From an uncultured Candidatus Saccharibacteria bacterium (GTDB lineage: Bacteria > Patescibacteriota > Minisyncoccia > Phycocordibacterales > UBA9973): DNA of 64,000 nt. The stretch spans positions 57,286 through 121,285 of the forward strand of contig CAZCFW010000001.1 in NCBI GenBank assembly GCA_964498035.1. Reading direction: 5' to 3'. The translations under genes and the position numbers were made by a program. The notes beneath the pieces were generated by a model that was given only the letters and a program-made list of their open reading frames with translations, was not told the origin of the DNA and ran no database searches. Positions 58,228 through 64,000 of the stretch are shown one piece after another (the first letter of the stretch is position 1; every line of letters begins with the position of its first letter).

Positions 58228-59241
58228 TTATTTTTTAGAAATTATTGTCTTCTTGTAAGTATCTAGGTGGTCGAGCGCTTCACCAGTGCCTTTCACCACA
58301 CAATACAGTGCATCATCTGCCACTCTCGCTTTCACTCCAGTGCGTCTATAAACCAAATCTGCTAAATTGCGAAGCTGTGATGATCCACCAGTCATAATTA
58401 TACCATGGTCGATAATATCTGCAGCAAGCTCAGGTGGAGTCTCAGCGAGCACATCCTTGATGGCGGAAATCATTGTGCGAAGTTCTTTGTCTATCGCACG
58501 CACAACTTCGTTTGTAGAAATCTGCGCAGTACGAGGAAGTCCTTGCACGAAGTCGCGACCCTTGATTGTCATTGTGAGTTCTTCTTCAAGTGGTACCGCA
58601 GCTCCAATCTCTATCTTTACTCTTTCTGCTGTTTTATCGCCTATTGCTAGGTTGAAAGTCTTCTTTATATAGTCGGCAATTGCTTGGTCGATTTTGTCTC
58701 CTGCACACTTTACAGATGTGGATGCCACGATTCCTCCGAGCGCAATCACGGCGACGTCTGTCGTGCCTCCACCAATGTCGACAATCATGTGCCCTGAAGA
58801 TTCATGAATAGGAATTCCCGCTCCGATTGCAGCGAGAATTGGCTCCTTCACCACATATGCATTCTTCGCACCTGCGCGTAGTGCAGCTTCTACTACTGCA
58901 CGGCGCTCTGTGGAAGTAATGCCAGCTGGAACTGAGACCATCACATCTGGCTTCCATAAATTAAATTTTCCTAGGGCTTTAGTAATGAAATAGCGGAGCA
59001 TTGCTTCCGTCACGCGGTAGTCTGATATCACACCGTCCTTCATAGGGCGATATGCAATGATGCTTTCTGGAGTTTTACCTATCATATTCTTCGCTTCGAT
59101 ACCAATAGCAAGGATTTTGTTGTCTTGCTCGCTCACAGCCACGACTGATGGCTCATTGAGGACTATGCCTTTCCCCGGCAAGTACACGAGCGTGTTTGCC
59201 GTGCCTAAATCTATCCCCAATTTTTTAGTAAAAAATCCCAT
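58228..59241 (-). CDS. mreB: Rod shape-determining protein MreB
   Basis: GIDLGTANT, EPSVVA, DIGGGTT, ETPPEL, TGGSS motifs. Confidence 0.96.
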   Translation of the reverse strand: MGFFTKKLGIDLGTANTLVYLPGKGIVLNEPSVVAVSEQDNKILAIGIEAKNMIGKTPESIIAYRPMKDGVISDYRVTEAMLRYFITKALGKFNLWKPDVMVSVPAGITSTERRAVVEAALRAGAKNAYVVKEPILAAIGAGIPIHESSGHMIVDIGGGTTDVAVIALGGIVASTSVKCAGDKIDQAIADYIKKTFNLAIGDKTAERVKIEIGAAVPLEEELTMTIKGRDFVQGLPRTAQISTNEVVRAIDKELRTMISAIKDVLAETPPELAADIIDHGIIMTGGSSQLRNLADLVYRRTGVKARVADDALYCVVKGTGEALDHLDTYKKTIISKK

Positions 59242-59339
59242 ATGTATGGCCGATTATAACACAATTTTATAAATAAAAATAATAGAACCAGCAAAACAAA
59301 AAAACACCAATTATAGTGTTTTTTTGTTTATCACATATA

Positions 59340-59900
59340 TTATTCTGCAATTTCTTTTTCTTTAACCCAACCACCATAACCATTCCCACATGATACAAGT
59401 ATATAATCGTTTGAGGACCCTTCATCAAAAGGGTGTCTAAAACCTACGATTATTGCTTTATCTGTTTCATTAGCTCCAAATGATTTTTTTACACCTTCTC
59501 TAAGATTAATTTCTTTTCCTTTATATAAATCGCCCTCTGGTCTTTGTAAGCAAACAATATCACCACCTAATTCAACAGCTTTAGATCCTGAAATACTATA
59601 ACTCTTATCTTTAGAAGAAAAATCATTTATTTTAGGCTCTATGTCTTGTGAAAAAACATTTCTTAGTTTCTCTTCAACATTCTTTATGTTCCCAAATTTA
59701 GCTCTACTGGAAATAGCATACCAAATTTTTTCTAACCTCTCTTCACCTTTTAGTCCTTCTAGTTCTTTCTTTAATTTAAAGTATTCATCATTTTGACTTC
59801 CATCTTCATTTATAGCCCCAGTTTTAAAAAATTCTTTTCTAGTTGCTTCAGTTTTAATATTTATTTGCTCGTTTATAAAATTTAAATTTTCTTTTGGCAT
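59340..59900 (-). CDS. Hypothetical protein
   Basis: 186-aa charged ORF followed by a terminator-like hairpin at about 59294-59328. Confidence 0.6.
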   Translation of the reverse strand: MPKENLNFINEQINIKTEATRKEFFKTGAINEDGSQNDEYFKLKKELEGLKGEERLEKIWYAISSRAKFGNIKNVEEKLRNVFSQDIEPKINDFSSKDKSYSISGSKAVELGGDIVCLQRPEGDLYKGKEINLREGVKKSFGANETDKAIIVGFRHPFDEGSSNDYILVSCGNGYGGWVKEKEIAE

Positions 59901-59995
59901 ATATTTTATCCTTACTAATATTCTTAAATTATATATGGCCTATTCTACTATGTCAAGATAAATAAAGGAATATAAAATTATGCTAATATAAGGAT

Positions 59996-61948
59996 ATGTA
60001 TATATTGACTGTCATTCCCCTATCTAAAGGCATACAGAAAGATGAGCTCACGTATTTCTCTGCGAAAGAGATTGAAGTTGGGAGTATTGTGCGTGTGCCG
60101 ATGCGGAGTAAGACTATCGATGCAATTGTGATAAATAAAGAAAATGCCAACGAAAGAAAATCAGAATTGAAAAATGCGAGCTACGAATTGAAAAAGATTG
60201 AATCAAGTAAGGGCAAACCTCCATACAAAGAATCCTTCTTCAAAGCTTGTGAGAAAATGGCGCAGTATTCTGGCGCGACGACTGGTAGTGTGATCTCTGC
60301 ACTACTTCCTGCAGTACTCATTGAGAAATTCAGTGAATTAAAACATAAAAATATCGAGCTTGGTAGCGAGCGCCCAAGTGTGAAAGAAGAAAGATTAATT
60401 TTCCAAGCCTTACTCCCCGACCGCCTTTCATGGTACCGCACACTTATTCGTGAGGCTTTTGCAAAGAAGGAATCCGTATTCATTTGTGTGCCCACACGCT
60501 ACGACATTGATCAGTACTATGAAGCATTTTCGAAAGGCATCGATCAATACGTTTTCAAATTCAATAGTGAAATCACTAAAAAGAATTTGATTGCGGATTT
60601 CAATAAAGTAGTAAATGAAGAGCACCCTATACTTATAATCGGCACTGGCCCATTCCTATGCATACCGCGCCATGATGTGCGCACCATCATCGTCGAGCAC
60701 GAGTCATCCAGTGCATACAAGCAAATCTCTCGCCCATTTATCGACATGCGCACTCTCGCAGAGACTATCGCTCACGTGGATCATATTAAATTAATTTATG
60801 GTGACACACTTCTTCGCCCCGAGACTCTCCACCGCCACGACATTGGTGAGCTTGGCGAAATAGCTTCCCCACTTTTCCGCTTGCCACAAGTGGAGCGCCA
60901 AATAATCATCGATATGAAAGAAGAGCTCGATGAGAAAGGCATGCATTCATTCAAAGTCCTTTCGGAAACTACAAAGAAAATGATTGCGTACGCACTCACA
61001 CATAAAGAGACGGTTTTCCTCTTTACTCTTAGGAAAGGTCTTGCTGGTGTGACTGTCTGCCACGATTGCGGGCACACCATGCTCTGCAAATACTGCAACA
61101 CGCCAGTAGTCCTTTACGGTAGCAAGCAAAAAACTGCAGACAAAGACGCAAAAGATCGAATCTTTATGTGCAATAAATGTGGAAGAAAAGAAACCACAGA
61201 GACAAGGTGCCCAAGTTGTGAAAGCTGGAACCTCACACCACTTGGCATAGGCACAGACAGAGTCGTGGAAGAACTGAAGAATGAATTCCCAGATGCGCAC
61301 GTCGTGCAGGTGGATAAGGATTCGATTTCTGGAGATAAAGAATTGTTTGAGACATGCAGTAGCTTCTACAATGTGCCTGGCACTATCATGGTGGGCACTG
61401 AGCTTGCATTCTCTTGCCTTCGCACGCACGTCACTCACAGCGCCATTATCTCTATCGATGGATTACTTTCTATTCCTTCATTTAATATTAACCAAAAGAT
61501 GCTTCATATCATCGAGCGCCTCCACTCCATCACCGACAGGAATCTGATCATCCAAACTCGCATTCCCGAGAACCCAGTGCTCAAGCACATTCTCACTGGC
61601 AATGTGCTCCCAATGTATCGTGAAGATCTCAAAGAGCGCGAAGAATGGGGCTACCCACCATTTAAGAGACTTATAAAAATTACTTTCCGTGGAACAGCGA
61701 AAGAGACGGAGAAAGCCCGCCTTGATTTGGAAAAGCTTTTCGACGGATACGAACCGCAGATATTCTCTGCATTTGTGGGCCAAGTGAAAGGTCAATATGT
61801 GACAAATACAGTAATAAAAGTAAATCCAAAAATCTGGCCACTTCCAATAAAGATAAAAGATTCAGACGAAGGCCGCACACTCCTCGCCAAGCTTCGCTCA
61901 CTACCACCATCATTTTCTGTGAATGTAGATCCTGAGGACCTATTATAA
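59996..61948 (+). CDS. priA: Primosomal protein N' (PriA), degenerate helicase motifs
   Basis: 3'-DNA-binding N-terminus, RKG..CHDCG..CKYC..CNKCG..CPSC zinc module, GIGTDRV, IIQTR, YPPF; Walker A absent, DEEH replaced by EHES. Confidence 0.85.
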   Translation: MYILTVIPLSKGIQKDELTYFSAKEIEVGSIVRVPMRSKTIDAIVINKENANERKSELKNASYELKKIESSKGKPPYKESFFKACEKMAQYSGATTGSVISALLPAVLIEKFSELKHKNIELGSERPSVKEERLIFQALLPDRLSWYRTLIREAFAKKESVFICVPTRYDIDQYYEAFSKGIDQYVFKFNSEITKKNLIADFNKVVNEEHPILIIGTGPFLCIPRHDVRTIIVEHESSSAYKQISRPFIDMRTLAETIAHVDHIKLIYGDTLLRPETLHRHDIGELGEIASPLFRLPQVERQIIIDMKEELDEKGMHSFKVLSETTKKMIAYALTHKETVFLFTLRKGLAGVTVCHDCGHTMLCKYCNTPVVLYGSKQKTADKDAKDRIFMCNKCGRKETTETRCPSCESWNLTPLGIGTDRVVEELKNEFPDAHVVQVDKDSISGDKELFETCSSFYNVPGTIMVGTELAFSCLRTHVTHSAIISIDGLLSIPSFNINQKMLHIIERLHSITDRNLIIQTRIPENPVLKHILTGNVLPMYREDLKEREEWGYPPFKRLIKITFRGTAKETEKARLDLEKLFDGYEPQIFSAFVGQVKGQYVTNTVIKVNPKIWPLPIKIKDSDEGRTLLAKLRSLPPSFSVNVDPEDLL

Positions 61949-62008
61949 TATTTGACAAAATAAATATAGTGTGTAATATTTTGGTTAAATTTAAATCAAA
62001 ATATTTTT

Positions 62009-62566
62009 ATGAGCACTTTAAAAAAGAAAATCGTCGTTGGTATTATGGGTCCTGACGAAACTGCTACTTTATTCGAAACAGGTAATGCCTACAAAATGGG
62101 TAATCTTATTGGTCTACAAGATAATTGGGTACTACTTACTAATGGTTCCAATTATGGAGTGATGAATGGAGCACTTAAGGGCGCAAAAGATGGTAATCCA
62201 AATTGTACTACTATGGGGATGTCATCCTGCAGATATGATGAGGCAGATAAAATCTCAGAGTACGCAGACATAAAAATACCTGCAGTTATGAGTGAAGTAA
62301 ATATACTCACTTCAGATTTCATTATTTTCTGTTGTGATAAAATTAGAAACTCTATTGTAAACTTTTCAGAATTAGTCATTGCGTTAAAGCACAAGAAGCC
62401 GATTATATTTCTAGTTACACCTGATAACACTGGTGCTCAAACACAATATTACAAAAACGTATTGTCTGAATTTGAAATATATAGGTGGTACTATTCAGGT
62501 ATAATTACCGACTCGCCGGAGGAAGTAATCAGATTGATACAAAATTGGCATAATAGACAACCTTGA
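62009..62566 (+). CDS. SLOG/LOG-superfamily protein (divergent)
   Basis: VGIMGP..AYKMG, LLTNG..GVMNGALKGAK, SELVIALKHKKPII pattern. Confidence 0.7.
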   Translation: MSTLKKKIVVGIMGPDETATLFETGNAYKMGNLIGLQDNWVLLTNGSNYGVMNGALKGAKDGNPNCTTMGMSSCRYDEADKISEYADIKIPAVMSEVNILTSDFIIFCCDKIRNSIVNFSELVIALKHKKPIIFLVTPDNTGAQTQYYKNVLSEFEIYRWYYSGIITDSPEEVIRLIQNWHNRQP

Positions 62567-62579
62567 TTTAATAAACAAT

Positions 62580-62614
62580 AAAGAGCTTCAAGCATTACTT
62601 GAAGCTCTTTTTTT
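62580..62614 (+). terminator. Intrinsic terminator
   Basis: aaagagcttcaag-catta-cttgaagctcttttttt. Confidence 0.8.
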
Positions 62615-62659
62615 AATTACATTGTAGAAAAATTTTGATTTCCGTACTATAATGAATGT

Positions 62660-63535
62660 ATGAAAACATTCGGAAGGATTTTGAAATTCATTTTTATATT
62701 TTTATATTTTATTGCACTAATTTATTTACTATTATTTAATTCATACTTTTCAGAATTATATGGTATATCTCATGGTATATCTCTTTGGGCTATCCCCCTC
62801 CTCGCTCTAATTTCAGTAATAGTTGTAGGATACAATTACATTAAAATCTATATTAAAGTAAACGTCATCGAATCAGAGTTCACTTCTATAGTAAATCACA
62901 CTTTTAGAACTCCACTCACAAAGATTATCTGGGCGCTTAAAGAATTAAAGGGTCCAGAATACAGTAAGGAGACTTTGCTGTACCTGCAGAATATTGAAAA
63001 TTCATCGACTAGAATATTAAATATTGTAGATATCATCGCCGGAATGCAAGACTTAGACAATAAATCTAGTTACTTCTTCAAGCCCACGTCACTACGTGAA
63101 ATAATAGAATCATCGATTGCGAAATACAGAGGTGTAATCGAGGAGAAGAAATTCAATTTCCAAATCTCAACTTTCAATGATATTCCTATGCTTGGTGGCG
63201 ATTTAAAAAAACTTACTTTTGTTTTTGATGTAATCGTAGAGAATGCACTATATTACACAAATGCATTGGGAGATATTTCCGTCGGTGCAATCGTAGAGAA
63301 AGATAAGGTTATCTTCTATGTAGCAGATAGCGGAATTGGGCTCACCTTTATGGATAAATTTAGAATATTCTCTAAATTCTATCGTTCTTCATCTGCTCGC
63401 AAGCTCTACACAGACGGCATGGGCCTTAGCCTATACCTTGCAAAGAAGATTGTGGACCGCCATGGAGGCAGGATATATGCCAAATCAAAAGGTTCAAATA
63501 TGGGTGCCACTTTCTTCGTAGAACTCCCTTTATAA
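62660..63535 (+). CDS. Short 2-TM sensor histidine kinase
   Basis: NHTFRTPLT H-box, ENALYY, DSGIG, GMGLSL motifs. Confidence 0.85.
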   Translation: MKTFGRILKFIFIFLYFIALIYLLLFNSYFSELYGISHGISLWAIPLLALISVIVVGYNYIKIYIKVNVIESEFTSIVNHTFRTPLTKIIWALKELKGPEYSKETLLYLQNIENSSTRILNIVDIIAGMQDLDNKSSYFFKPTSLREIIESSIAKYRGVIEEKKFNFQISTFNDIPMLGGDLKKLTFVFDVIVENALYYTNALGDISVGAIVEKDKVIFYVADSGIGLTFMDKFRIFSKFYRSSSARKLYTDGMGLSLYLAKKIVDRHGGRIYAKSKGSNMGATFFVELPL

Positions 63536-63585
63536 AGCCAAATACCTTGCACAATTTAGGTATTTATGATAATCTATTTTGACAT

Positions 63586-63834
63586 ATGGGAATTACAATT
63601 ATTGAGGTTAGTAAAAATACAAACGAGAGCAATATGAATCTTATTCGTCGTTTTTCTCGCAAAGTGCAAGAAACAGGCGTGATTCAGAAAGTGAAGGGCA
63701 AGCGTTACAATGAACGTTCTTCTTCTAAGCTTACTGTAAAGAAAGCAACTCTTAAGAGATTAGCTAAAAGAAAGGAAAGAGATCGTCTTGTGAAGTTAGG
63801 AAAGGTAGTAGTAACTGTACGCGGACGTAAATAA
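63586..63834 (+). CDS. rpsU: Probable divergent 30S ribosomal protein bS21
   Basis: Basic 82-aa protein with IEV...NES...LIRRFSRKVQETG..RY pattern. Confidence 0.6.
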   Translation: MGITIIEVSKNTNESNMNLIRRFSRKVQETGVIQKVKGKRYNERSSSKLTVKKATLKRLAKRKERDRLVKLGKVVVTVRGRK

Positions 63835-63862
63835 TCAAGCACAAGTTTCTATATTTTAAATA

Positions 63863-64000
63863 ATGAACACAAATTGTGAAATTATAAATAAAACAAAAGG
63901 CACGCTCCCACGCGTGCCTTTTGCCAAAATTAAAGATGCTATCCTAGGGGCGGACTACGAGATTTCTATTGCGTCTGTATCGAAAGCTGAGTCAAAGAGA
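63863..64000 (+). CDS. ybeY: Probable rRNA maturation RNase YbeY (5' part, truncated)
   Basis: Manual translation MNTNCEIINKTKGTLPRVPFAKIKDAILGADYEISIASVSKAESKR resembles a YbeY N-terminus; the catalytic motif lies outside the window. Confidence 0.55.
   Translation, partial: MNTNCEIINKTKGTLPRVPFAKIKDAILGADYEISIASVSKAESKR

Noticed and set aside
1-64000. tRNA, rRNA, tmRNA, RNase P or known riboswitch
   Set aside because: No cloverleaf/T-loop or recognisable consensus was found by eye in intergenic regions; an Infernal or tRNAscan run would be needed to exclude them formally.

Overview
Gene-dense, AT-rich bacterial chromosome segment with no rRNA, tRNA, CRISPR array or transposase recognised by eye. 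Gene content points to Patescibacteria/CPR (Parcubacteria-like), by inference: short AlaRS, archaeal-type AspRS, a PaaX/Cas2-like regulator, a sigma-r4/HARE-HTH protein, a degenerate PriA and no obvious Shine-Dalgarno sites. The housekeeping backbone comprises gltX-murG-ftsW-mraY-scpBA, aspS, trpS, dnaB-recR, cysS, an interrupted grpE-dnaK-dnaJ, infA-rpmJ-rpsMKD-rpoA-rplQ-rplM-rpsI, alaS, mnmA, typA, rseP, frr, mreB and priA. The most interesting part is an accessory block at about 15.6-28 kb. It holds a complete arginine-to-homospermidine-type polyamine pathway (speA, speB, deoxyhypusine-synthase-like). speB sits head-to-head with a tight operon of EamA exporter, Cys-rich exported protein, unknown soluble protein and multi-TM orphan histidine kinase. 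The block also has a minimal class-I-aaRS-like (HUP-fold) candidate, a racemase, a D,D-dipeptidase fusion, a strand-specific structured element antisense to speA/dhs and perfect DnaA boxes. Window-wide, many genes have a -10 box exactly 6 nt before the start codon (apparently leaderless), and REP-like palindromes sit in-frame inside conserved genes. All family assignments come from motif recognition, not from database searches.
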